Shown: positions 1 through 9,320 of the stretch, one piece after another
How positions within the stretch are numbered: the first letter of the stretch is position 1
Layout of the letters: each line of letters begins with the position of its first letter
NCBI GenBank assembly: GCA_963823655.1
Contig: CAWGMK010000013.1
Coordinates: 352,001 to 416,000, forward strand
Direction: 5' to 3'
Source: an uncultured Bacillota bacterium
Lineage (GTDB): Bacteria; Bacillota; DTU025; MWDF01
DNA: 64,000 nt
The notes under the pieces: generated by a model
What the model saw: the letters and a program-made list of their open reading frames with translations, nothing else
The model's database searches: none
Told to the model about the DNA's origin: nothing
Translations under genes and position numbers: made by a program

Positions 1-2310
1 CCAGCTCGGCGATGATCGCCATTGCCTGTGAGAACTCCTCGTCCGTGACGTTCATTATTATCTTGTTGGTCCTGGCGTCTACGTTGATCTTGGCGCCAGA
101 TATCACGGCTTCAAGGGCCTTGCCTACTTCTACGGCGGGGGCGTACTTCAGCTGTACTATCTGCAGAGCCTCGACTCCGGTCGCCAAGGCGACTACTGGC
201 TGCACTTTTGGTGCAACTTCGACGTCCAGGTTGCCGATTATGTCCAGGGCTACTGCCTTGCCTGCAGGAGTCACCATGACGATGACCTTGTTGGTGCGCT
301 CGTCGATGTTGACGTTGGCGGCGCCCAGCACCCCGTCCAGGACTCTCTTCACGTCCGCTGCGACGGCGTATTTCAGCTGTACCATTTCGAGAGTAGGCTC
401 GATAGTCGCAACCGCAGTGGTGGCGACGGGCACGTCGAGGGCGCTGATGATGCTCATGGCAAGCTGCTTCTTCGCCGGTGTTACGATCATCAGTACCTTA
501 TTGCTGCGATCGTCTACGCTTACCTTGCCCTGTCCAAGGGCTGCGTCCAGCGCCGGTTTCACGTCAGCAACTTTAGCGAACTTAAGCTCTACTACCTCAA
601 GGTTTTCAACCTCGACCGGAGCTACCGCTGTATCTATCCTTACATCCAGTTCATTGATGACGGCCATAGCAAGCAGCTTTTCCTCCGGGGTGACCTTCAA
701 AAGCAGCTTGTTGGTCCTCTGGTCTATTGATATGCTCGACGGCGCAAGTACTGCGGCAAGTGCCTTTTGTACGTCGGCGGCCTGAGCGTACTTGAGCTGC
801 ACTACTTCAAGCGAGCTTATGGCTGGCTTGACGGATACTGAAGCCATCTCTATGTCCAGGTTCTGTATGATCTGGGCTGCTAGGGCTCTCTCATCAGGAG
901 TGCCCAGTATGATTACCTTGTTGGTGCGCTCGTCGATGTTGACCTTGTCTGGGCCTAGAACACCGTCTAATACCTTCTTGGCGTCAGCGGCGTTGGCGTA
1001 TGTTAGGTTCATCACCTCAAGGCTGGGAACCACTGCAATAACGGCCGGCTGGTCCACCTTTACATCGATTGCGCCGATTATCTCCATAGCCATCAGCATC
1101 TCAGCCGGTGTTACCTTAAGCAGGACCTTATTTGTCCTCTCATCAATAGTCACATTCTCGGCGGGAAGCACTGATGCCAATGCCTTCTGTACGTCGGCGG
1201 CCATTGCGTGCTTGAGCTCAACGACCTCCATGGACACTGCCGGTTGTATTGCTGCAGCGTTCTTCACTGAGAGCGCCTCTTCGTCGAGCTTCTTGAGAGC
1301 CTCAGCAATTAGCGCATGGTCGGCATCTGTGCCGTAGGCTACAAGGCTGTTGTTGCTTTCGATCACCTGCAGCTTGGCTCCGGATGCGACAAGCCTCACG
1401 ACTGCTTCGATATCCTGGGCTTTGGCGTGCACCGGGCTGTAATAGCCGAGCCTTAGGATAGGAGCTGCCACGGACGCAACAGCAGCTACATCTGCGACTT
1501 TGACGTCCAGCTCCTTTATTAGGGCCATTGCCTCGGCGCTTTTTGCGGCGTCGACGAGCATCACTATCTTGTTTGTGCGCTCATCTATCGCGATCTTATT
1601 TGCGGGCAGGACGACGGTCATGGCTTCCGCCACATCCGCGACTTTCGCATATAGAAGAGTCACTACTTCAAGCTTCTCCTGGACAGTAGCCACGGCGGCT
1701 GATTTCGGTGTAGCGGCCTCAATGTTCTTCACAAGGTCGCTTACCCTGGTGTATTCCTCAGGAGTCGCTTTGATGATTAGCGTATTGCTCTTTGCGTCCG
1801 CCTGTATCCTATCGGCGGGGATTATTAGTGAAGCTACAGCCTTTACTTCGGCTGCGGCAGCGTTAGTCAGTTGTATGACGCGGATCTCCACCGGTTGAGT
1901 AGTGACTGATTCAGCTTTCTTTACGATGTCAAGTTTCTCAATGATGCTCCTGGCAGCCTTTACGTCAGTCAGCTTGCCGCCGGCGAGTATCGCATTGAGC
2001 CTTGTATCAACCGCAAGCGACGCCTTCAGCAGCTTGGATACTGCGTCAAATACGCCCTGTGCCTCTGCGTTCGAAAGCTGGATTATATCGATTACTTCCT
2101 CTTCGGAGACGGTCATCTTGGTTACAGGCAAAGGCGCATCTACCTTGGCGAGGAACGCCTTGGCGAGCGCGATATCCGCCTGATTGCCCCTTATGAGCAG
2201 CGTGCCGGACTTGTCGTCTGGCTGGGCCGCTATTCCGGGGATGGCGAATGATAGCTTGGTCGCGGCATCAGTTGCGGAGATGTTCAACAGCTCTACTTTC
2301 TCCACTACTG
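1..2310 (-). repeat. Tandem ~210-225 nt (70-75 aa) Secretin_N domain repeats, 11 copies visible
   Basis: D-x-R-T-N-K-like cores at about 63, 288, 498, 708, 918, 1128, 1347, 1569, 1782, 1992 and 2202, all in one frame. An identical 29-nt stretch occurs at 285-313 and 915-943. Confidence 0.9.
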
Positions 2311-2650
2311 CCTTGTCCATAAGCTTGCTGACAGTCCCCTTGGGGCCTACCATAATCGTTCCGTTCATATATATGTACTCAAGGTCTGACACGGAGCAGA
2401 TTATATCGAGTGCCTCTTCAACGGGTACGTTTGTCAGCTTGACCGTAATTTTGCCCGATACCGCCGGGCTTACTACTATATTGGATCCGCCTACTTGTGC
2501 GAGGACCCTGAATACTTCAGCTAGCTCCGCAAATTTCAAATCAAGGCTTACCTTGGCGGGCGAGCTCGCTGCGAATGAGCGCACGCCCAGCGTTAGCATC
2601 GCAAGTACCAGGGTTAGCGCAAATATCGCCCTAATCTTACTTGGCTTCAA
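1..2650 (-). CDS. pilQ: Giant secretin (PilQ/GspD-like), 3'-truncated by the window edge: signal peptide + STN/N0 domain + >=11 Secretin_N repeats
   Basis: Manual translation from TTG at 2650 (overlapping the stop of the upstream pilP-like gene): MKPSKIRAIFALTLVLAMLTLGVRSFAASSPAKVSLDLKFAELAEVFRVLAQVGGSNIVVSPAVSGKITVKLTNVPVEEALDII. Repeats follow, e.g. LEVVQLKYAQAADVQKALAAVLAPSSISIDQRTNKLLLKVTPEEKLLAMAVINELDV. The frame stays open to position 1, so the ORF track misses it. Lies after pilMNOP. The C-terminal secretin barrel is not in the window. Confidence 0.85.
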   Translation of the reverse strand, partial: MKPSKIRAIFALTLVLAMLTLGVRSFAASSPAKVSLDLKFAELAEVFRVLAQVGGSNIVVSPAVSGKITVKLTNVPVEEALDIICSVSDLEYIYMNGTIMVGPKGTVSKLMDKAVVEKVELLNISATDAATKLSFAIPGIAAQPDDKSGTLLIRGNQADIALAKAFLAKVDAPLPVTKMTVSEEEVIDIIQLSNAEAQGVFDAVSKLLKASLAVDTRLNAILAGGKLTDVKAARSIIEKLDIVKKAESVTTQPVEIRVIQLTNAAAAEVKAVASLIIPADRIQADAKSNTLIIKATPEEYTRVSDLVKNIEAATPKSAAVATVQEKLEVVTLLYAKVADVAEAMTVVLPANKIAIDERTNKIVMLVDAAKSAEAMALIKELDVKVADVAAVASVAAPILRLGYYSPVHAKAQDIEAVVRLVASGAKLQVIESNNSLVAYGTDADHALIAEALKKLDEEALSVKNAAAIQPAVSMEVVELKHAMAADVQKALASVLPAENVTIDERTNKVLLKVTPAEMLMAMEIIGAIDVKVDQPAVIAVVPSLEVMNLTYANAADAKKVLDGVLGPDKVNIDERTNKVIILGTPDERALAAQIIQNLDIEMASVSVKPAISSLEVVQLKYAQAADVQKALAAVLAPSSISIDQRTNKLLLKVTPEEKLLAMAVINELDVRIDTAVAPVEVENLEVVELKFAKVADVKPALDAALGQGKVSVDDRSNKVLMIVTPAKKQLAMSIISALDVPVATTAVATIEPTLEMVQLKYAVAADVKRVLDGVLGAANVNIDERTNKVIVMVTPAGKAVALDIIGNLDVEVAPKVQPVVALATGVEALQIVQLKYAPAVEVGKALEAVISGAKINVDARTNKIIMNVTDEEFSQAMAIIAEL

Positions 2651-3231
2651 TTGGACTCACCCCCCAAGACGAATTCCTTCTGGAACCCTTTATATGATAG
2701 TGTAAGTTTGCTTTCATTAATCTTAGTGACTACAATGTCTCCAACTAGTATGTCTCCTGGCCTTGCGCTGTATGTGGTCTGTTCGACTTCAATAATCGCG
2801 TATATCTTGTTGCTAGCCCTGATGATACCCGCATACCTTATGTTGGGCCATTCAGGCTCTGGCGGCAGGGGCTCCGGCATCAGATTATCGAAAGGATCCC
2901 ATCTTCCTATTGTCAGTGCAGATAGCGCTTGATCCTTCCTGTCTCCTGATGTGTCCTCGGCATCCTTGAGGCTGCTGTTGAGAGTATCGCCGATCTTCTG
3001 CTGCAGCTTATATTTGGCCTCGATCAACAGCGAGTCGTCCGAAGCCGGTTTTGCATATGGCAGAATATACCTAACAAAACCGACTGAAAGTGCTGCTAGG
3101 ATAATTATTAGCAGTACGACGATCAGTATTATCTGATTCCTGAGGTTTTTCCGGGCTCTTTCGGCAGGCGTCAGAGGCATCTTGCCGCGAGGCAGCTCCG
3201 GGCGCGGACTTACGCTATTGGGCACTGCCAT
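2647..3231 (-). CDS. PilP-like pilus assembly protein (N-terminal TM anchor)
   Basis: TM helix, GRWDPF motif, Pro-rich linker, C-terminal beta domain (YAGII...AIIEVEQTTYSARPGD); located between pilO and the secretin. Confidence 0.65.
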   Translation of the reverse strand: MAVPNSVSPRPELPRGKMPLTPAERARKNLRNQIILIVVLLIIILAALSVGFVRYILPYAKPASDDSLLIEAKYKLQQKIGDTLNSSLKDAEDTSGDRKDQALSALTIGRWDPFDNLMPEPLPPEPEWPNIRYAGIIRASNKIYAIIEVEQTTYSARPGDILVGDIVVTKINESKLTLSYKGFQKEFVLGGESN

Positions 3232-3823
3232 TCTGAGCACCTCCCTTCGGACGAATGAACAGGCTTAAGTTGCATATCGAGTGAAGCTTGTCAATTTGCT
3301 TTGTAGTACCATCTTCAGCGATCTTCGTTTCGGCCTGTAAGTCGAAGCTGTAGCTATTGACGGCAAGTTTCCTGTTCAGAATCTCTAATGAAATCATAGA
3401 AAGCTTTGATACCAGCATAGCTTCCTGTGATTTCGACATATGTGCCAACATCTAGGAATCTGCCAAGGGGTTTTGCATTATTGAACCTGACTGAACCGAG
3501 CTCAACTCCGGCCCTCTTCGCCATTGACTCAAGATCCCGAATGAAGAATGCTTGTTTCTCCTCGTCGGCGATGAACGTTTCCTCATTTCTGAGTTGCTCC
3601 AAAGCCAGTCTTTAAGGAAGCATCTGCTTCATCAGCCTTATTCAGCTTATTCAAATCGGCTCTAAGCTGCATTTCTGAAGTCTTGAGCTCTTCGCGCGCC
3701 AGTTCGAGCCTTTCTTGCTGAGGCGCAAAAACGTACACATATAACGCCACCAAGCCCGCCAAGACTAGAAAGACCCCTAAGTATCTTAAGTGCTCTGATA
3801 TCTCTGCTACCTAGCTTTGCCAA
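3215..3823 (-). CDS. pilO: Type IV pilus assembly protein PilO (several frameshifts, likely sequencing indels)
   Basis: Stitched: MAKLGSRDIRALKI-LGVFLVLAGLVALYVYVFAPQQERLE, then ORF 3354..3602 (FIRDLESMAKRAGVELGSVRF...EITGSYAGIKAF), then the tail of ORF 3215..3451; follows pilN. Confidence 0.7.
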
Positions 3824-3828
3824 ACCCC

Positions 3829-4383
3829 TCACCTCCTCCTTTCAAGGGCTCCGGTGATAACGAAGTCCTCATAGGAAGTAGCGGTTTCTCTATCCTCTGT
3901 TGTTGTTACTGAGCTGATCTTTATATCCTTATAGGCATTTGATGATTCAAGCGAGAATACAGATCTGGCTACTGACTGATAGCTGTATGTCACTCCATTA
4001 ATTGTAATTGTTTCCTGAGGGTTGACATTGGCACTGGTGAGCCAGACGTCAGCAGGAACTTTTGCCTTTAACTCTGCCAAAAACATGGCAGGACTCAAGT
4101 GCGGATTCTCTAAAGCAATTACCTCGTCATACAACTTCTTAATTTCCAGAGTCCTTGCTTCCACGTTTGCAACTGCCTGAACATCCTTCTTAATCATTGC
4201 TATGGATGTCTTGACTTCCTCTGTCCTCTCTTGAGTCTTGATTATTGCCAGCCGCCTGTAGGAATAGAGCCCTGAGAGGCAGGCAATGAGCACAACACCT
4301 AGGATTATCAGTGCAAGCGCTATAGGTCCCAGCGATTGCCTTATTTTTGGTCTAGCGGGAAGAAGGTTGATGTTGTTCCTCAT
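3829..4383 (-). CDS. pilN: Type IV pilus assembly protein PilN
   Basis: N-terminal INLLP motif, TM helix, coiled coil, VPADVWLTS PilN domain. Confidence 0.88.
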   Translation of the reverse strand: MRNNINLLPARPKIRQSLGPIALALIILGVVLIACLSGLYSYRRLAIIKTQERTEEVKTSIAMIKKDVQAVANVEARTLEIKKLYDEVIALENPHLSPAMFLAELKAKVPADVWLTSANVNPQETITINGVTYSYQSVARSVFSLESSNAYKDIKISSVTTTEDRETATSYEDFVITGALERRR

Positions 4384-5508
4384 TCCTCCACCACCTCCCT
4401 AAGTGCCAGCCCTACAGCCACTGACATTACAGGGGACATCTTTTCTACATCTAGCCCGTCTACCATTGTAGAAGAGACCTTTATAAGTTTATAGGGATTG
4501 CCTAAGCCTACGGGAAGCCCTGTTACATTGCTTAATAGTTCTCCAAATCCCTTAAGTTTAGAGCCCCCTCCTGCAAGTACTATCTCTTTCACAGCCAAGT
4601 TTTCGACTTTGCTTTGTAGTTGAGCGTCATGGTATGTGATGCTTCTCTTGCATTCTAGGCACAGCCCGTGAGCTACATCATAGATACCCTCAAGTAGCGC
4701 TCTCCTCTTTGGGCTTTGCTCCGATATATACTCTTCTTCGGCAGAAACCACTTCAGCTTCGGCAATTTTCAGTGCCTCAGCTTCATCTGCTTCTAATTGC
4801 ATTGTCTTCATGACCACTTCAGTAAAGTGATTACCGCCGATTTGCACAATTCTTGTCATCCTGAGATTTTCTCCATTGCAGATGACAAGATCCGTCGTGC
4901 CGCCCCCGATGTCAATGTATGCAGTGCTGCCGGTCTCATCTGAACCACTTAATCCATAAGCCCTCATCATGCAGAAAGGCTGGATATCTATTGCTATCGG
5001 ATTTAGGCCCGCAAGCTCAAGTGCCGCAGCGAAGCTCTCAACTTTACTTTTGAGCGCCGCAACTAAGCATAACTTCTACGTCCGCAGTTGCATCCTGAAG
5101 GAGCAATGTCGGATCAGGCATGACTACATCAATTACTGCTTCTTCAGCCGGGAATGGCAGATACTTGTCCGCTTCCCACTTGATTGCTTCCTTTAACTCG
5201 TCATACGGCATGTGAGGGAATACGACGGGGCGAACGATTACGTCCTGCCCTGCAATCGCACATGATACATCTCTGCTTCTGAAACCTGCTTCCCGCCACA
5301 TCTTCCTGATTACATCTGCTACTGCTGCTGTATCGATGACCGAACCTTCTCTTACACCTTCAAAAGGAGTTTTCGCAGAAGCAATGCCTACCAATTCGAT
5401 ATCGCCATGCAAATTCGCAACCTCAGCGATTTTTATCGAGGTAGTGCCTATGTCAACACCAATTGCTGTCGAACCTTTTCTAATGAATGGTTTTCGGGTT
5501 GGGCTCAA
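4380..5508 (-). CDS. pilM: Type IV pilus assembly protein PilM (frameshift near 5045)
   Basis: Actin-like GVDIGTTSIK, IDIGGGTTD and LAGGGSKL motifs, C-terminal AVGLALR; split over ORFs 5044..5517 and 4380..4970. Confidence 0.9.
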
Positions 5509-5552
5509 GCAGCTCACCTCCGAATTTCTAGGAATTAACTATAACTGATACA

Positions 5553-5581
5553 TTATTCTACCCACATATGCTTTCACCTGC
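5553..5581 (-). promoter_or_regulatory. SigH-like promoter upstream of pilM
   Basis: Minus strand GCAGGTGAA-N11-GTAGAATAA versus SigH consensus RNAGGAWWW-N11/12-RNNGAATWW (mismatches in -35). Confidence 0.45.
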
Positions 5582-6359
5582 TAATGTGGGAAAATTATCG
5601 CACTTATTGATATATTCGAAACAATAATTGCAGCTACTGCAAGGTACGGGCCAAATGGTACAGGTTGTCCTTTGCTCGCTTTGCCCAGCTTAATAAGTAT
5701 AAATGTCCCAATTAGTCCGAGTATAGAGCCTAAAAGCAAAACAATGACCGTTTGATACCATCCCAAGTAGGCGCCTACCGCTGCGATATACTTGATGTCA
5801 CCTCCGCCCATTTTTCCGTTGGAAATTTCGGCAAGTATAAGAAGAAAACCCCCACATGATACTGCACCGAGAATTGCATTCAGGAGTAATTTTACCCCTG
5901 GATCAGCCCAGATATAAAGGCTAAAGGGTTGATGAATGGAATTCCTAAAAGGTGAGGCTAAGATAAAAATAGACATAAGAGGAATCGTTATTATATCGGG
6001 TATCATTTGTGTTCTAAGTCAGTAAGCGCGATTATTAATGATGCCGACATGAAAATATAAAGAAGCGCCATCTCCAAACCCATTCCATATTTGTAATAAG
6101 CGATCAAGGCAAATAGCGCTGAAGCAATCTCAACCAAAGGATACTGGATGCTAATTTTAACCTCGCAGTATCTGCATCTTCCTTTAAGCATCAGCCAGCT
6201 GAAAACTGGTATAAGGTCTCGGGGAGCTAAGACTGTTTTGCACTTCGGACATATGGACCTTTCACCCTTGAGATCCATATCTCCAGGAAGACGGTAAATT
6301 AGAACGTTGTAGAAACTGCCAAGCAGGACTCCCAGAATAACAAGAAAAATATACATCAT
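5581..6359 (-). CDS. pilD: Prepilin peptidase/N-methyltransferase PilD (one frameshift at about 6006)
   Basis: GSFYNVLIYRLP, CPKC/CRYC Zn motif, D-LEHK-(M)IPD catalytic Asp, MGGGDIK and PFGPYL; split by a missing A in an A-run. Confidence 0.92.
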
Positions 6360-6504
6360 ATATGAAGGTTTACCCCTCTAATTAATCGCAGAGTAATTCC
6401 CGCTCTGCGTTTATTCCCCCTAACACTCATAAGGATTATCTAAAAACCATAAATCCTAAAATCCATGTATAAATACCAACAATAAAACTACTCCCATTAA
6501 TAAA

Positions 6505-6542
6505 AACACACCTGAGGAAACCTTGGCTTCCTCAGGTGTGTT
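6505..6542 (-). terminator. Intrinsic terminator after the pilin gene
   Basis: aacacacctgaggaa / ttcctcaggtgtgtt inverted repeat, followed by a T-rich tract on the minus strand. Confidence 0.8.
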
Positions 6543-6549
6543 AACAATA

Positions 6550-6896
6550 TTAGTGCACGCTGCAGTCAACTAATCCTGTAGTAGCAGAAATTGATAAAGT
6601 ACCGGTAGTTGAGCAAAGTATAGCTGCATCGAGATACTTTTGACCTGGGACAGCACCGTAGCCGGAGTTGTCGTCCATAAATCGGCAATAGCAGTTGGCC
6701 ACGCACCTTGATCTGCAAAGTAAATGCCCGCAGCAGAGTAAATAGTCCGACGATTTGCGTCGCAGGCAGCTTGTTGAGCTCTCGTTCTGAAGCTTTGATA
6801 AGCCGGTACTGCTATTGCGATTAGAATACCGATAATGATGATTACAATCATAAGTTCCATAATGGTAAAGCCTTTTTGATTCCTAGTCTTTCTCAT
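6550..6896 (-). CDS. pilA: Type IVa major pilin (one frameshift near 6657)
   Basis: Class III signal QKG|FTIMELMIVIIIIGILIAIAVP. Corrected C-terminus is GAVPGQKYLDAAILCSTTGTLSISATTGLVDCSVH*. Has its own terminator. Confidence 0.88.
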
Positions 6897-6934
6897 TTTC
6901 TGCACCTCCATATAAATTGGTATAACGCGAATAA

Positions 6935-8147
6935 TTACACGAAACTCGCCATTGAAAACATAGGCAACATTATCGATGCTACTAGTATTCCGGCAATTCC
7001 GCCTATGAACAGGATCATTATCGGTTCTATCATTGATGTCATTGCTTTTAGCGCTACATCGGTCTCTTCGTCGTAGAAGTCGGCCACCTTCTCTAACATT
7101 GTATCCAAAGCTCCGGTTTCTTCACCTATTGCCACCATATGTCCTAACATAGGCGGGAATATCGTAGACTGTTTCAGAGGTTTTCCTAAGCCTGATCCTT
7201 CTTTAACACCTAATCTTGCAGCTTCAATATCCTTCCTCATTACATAGTTGCCAGCTGTTTTCTCAAGCAACTCAAGTCCTTGAAGCATTGGGACTCCACT
7301 TTGCACCATCATTCCAAATGTTCTTGAGAACATCGCTGTACTACTCTTTCTAATAACTGGTCCAATGATAGGTACTCTGATTATTAGCCTATCAAACCAT
7401 GGCTTTAATGGCTTTGTTATTAGCCATCTAACACTAAAGAATAGAGCTACGAGTCACTATTGCAATAACATACCAATAATTCTGCATAAACTCCGCGGCT
7501 CCGAATACAACTTTCGTAATCGTCGGTAACTCAGTATCGAAGCTATCGAACATGTCTACAAAGGCCGGAAGCACAAAAGTCATTAATATTCCTACTGCAA
7601 TGATTGCCACTCCAACTAGGAAAAAGTGGATATGCCAAAGCCCCTTTACCTTGTTGATATTCTTATTGCTGTTCTCATAATATCTAGCTGTTCTATCAAG
7701 TACTCTATCAAGAGCTCCGGCAGTCTCACCAGCTTCTACCAAATTCGTAAACATGGGTGGGAATATTCCAGGATAGTTCCTAATAGCATTTGAAAACGAT
7801 TCTCCACCTTCTACTCTTTTCCTAACATCATTAATAACTGCAGCCAAATTTTTTCTTTCCACTTGGGCAGCAAGTACATTTAAGGCACTCACTAACGGAA
7901 GGCCTGCTTCAATCATTGTTGCCAACTGTCTGCTAAGAAGCGAAAGCTCTTTAACACTAACTTTCTTCGCCTTTGGACGTTATCAGAGCTGGAAGTGGCT
8001 GTTTTAGTTGCCTCCGCCTGAAGTAATGCTTATCGGGATATTGCCCTGCTGACGAAGTCGATCAACAACAATCTGCCTCGATTCAACATCCATAACGCCT
8101 TCAATGGAATGACCTTTGCTGTCTCTAGCCTTATAGGTGAACTGCAA
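6935..8147 (-). CDS. pilC: Type IV pilus platform protein PilC (T2SSF family; frameshifted)
   Basis: AGGAGGTG RBS, TTG start MQFTYKARDSKG, RQLATMIEAGLPL, AGETAGALD, GEETGALDTML...SMIEP. Confidence 0.92.
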
Positions 8148-8193
8148 TTTCTCACCTCCTGTTTGTTGGCAGATTGTCCCCTCAAGTACTTAC

Positions 8194-8223
8194 TAATTCT
8201 TCAAGTTACTCGAAATATCCTTC
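8194..8223 (-). promoter_or_regulatory. SigH-like promoter upstream of pilC-pilA
   Basis: GAAGGATAT-N12-GAAGAATTA matches the SigH consensus. Confidence 0.55.
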
Positions 8224-8236
8224 TTTGTTAACTGTA

Positions 8237-9294
8237 TTAACTGCCAATCATTCTTTTAAGCTCTTCTTGATCAATTGCCCTACCCATAGCCTCTTCCTTA
8301 CTAATTTGTCTATTGAGGAAGAGATCCCTAAGTGAGCTGTCCATCGACTGCATACCATATTTGCCACCAGTTTGAATAACCGAATATATCTGATGAGTCT
8401 TGCCTTCCCTAATAAGGTTTCTGGCGGCAGCTGTCGCCATCATCACTTCCACTGCAACACACCTGCCGCTATTATCCTTATTGGGCATGAGCTGCTGAGA
8501 AAGGACCCCAATAATACTCCGGCAAGCTGTATCCTTATCTGCCCCTGCTGGTTCCCCGGGAACTGGTCGATAATCCTGTCAATTGTCTGGACTGTATCCA
8601 CCGTATGAAGAGTTGCCAGAACCAAATGCCCAGTTTCAGCTGCAGTGACAGCAATCGAAGTAGTTTCTGGATCTCGCATTTCTCCTACGAGTATCACATC
8701 CGGATCCTCACGAAGAGCAGCCCTCAATCCATTTGCAAAGGTCTCTGTATCATTGCCAACCTCTCGCTGGTTGACCATCGCCTTCTTATGCTTATGCAAG
8801 TACTCTATAGGGTCCTCGAGAGTGATGATATGGCACGCTCTAGTGTTATTTATGATATCGATAATTGAGGCCAGAGTAGTCGACTTGCCGCTGCCAGTAG
8901 GGCCAGTGACCAGGAACAAGCCTCTTTGCTTCTCGGCTATGGCATTTACGGAAGCAGGAATACCCAACTCCCTCAATGTCCTGATTTCCGTCGGTATAGT
9001 CCTGAATGCTCCTGCCAATGTCCCTCTTTGGTGGTATATGTTCACCCTGAAGCGGCCGACTCCGGCAATAGAATAAGAAAGGTCGACTTCGCCTTTCGAA
9101 TCTAAGCGCTTCTTCTGTTCCTCATTCAGCAATCCCATGAAAAGCTGCCTGATATCGTTCGGAAGAAGCTTCGGCAAATCGCCAACTGGCATGAGGTCGC
9201 CAACGTTCCTGGCCATAGGCGGAAGGCCTACGGTGAAGTGAACATCCGAGGCACCCATGGAAAACCCCTGTGTCAAGATGTCATCCAGTTCCAT
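8237..9294 (-). CDS. pilT: Retraction ATPase PilT (frameshift near 8505)
   Basis: GASDVH, GPTGSGKST, TLEDPIE, LREDPDVILVGEMRD, AAETGHLV and the AARNLIRE motif. Confidence 0.95.
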
Positions 9295-9320
9295 TTCGCA
9301 CCTCCATGCCTATTTAAATG

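Noticed and set aside
1-2310. 210-nt periodicity as a CRISPR array or mobile repeat
   Set aside because: Repeats are in-frame, diverged protein domains with no repeat-spacer structure and no cas genes
12-2705. Plus-strand Ser/Thr/Ala-rich ORFs 12..785, 792..1337, 1500..1898, 1902..2183 and 2184..2705
   Set aside because: Antisense shadows of the secretin frame; the minus-strand translation gives coherent domains
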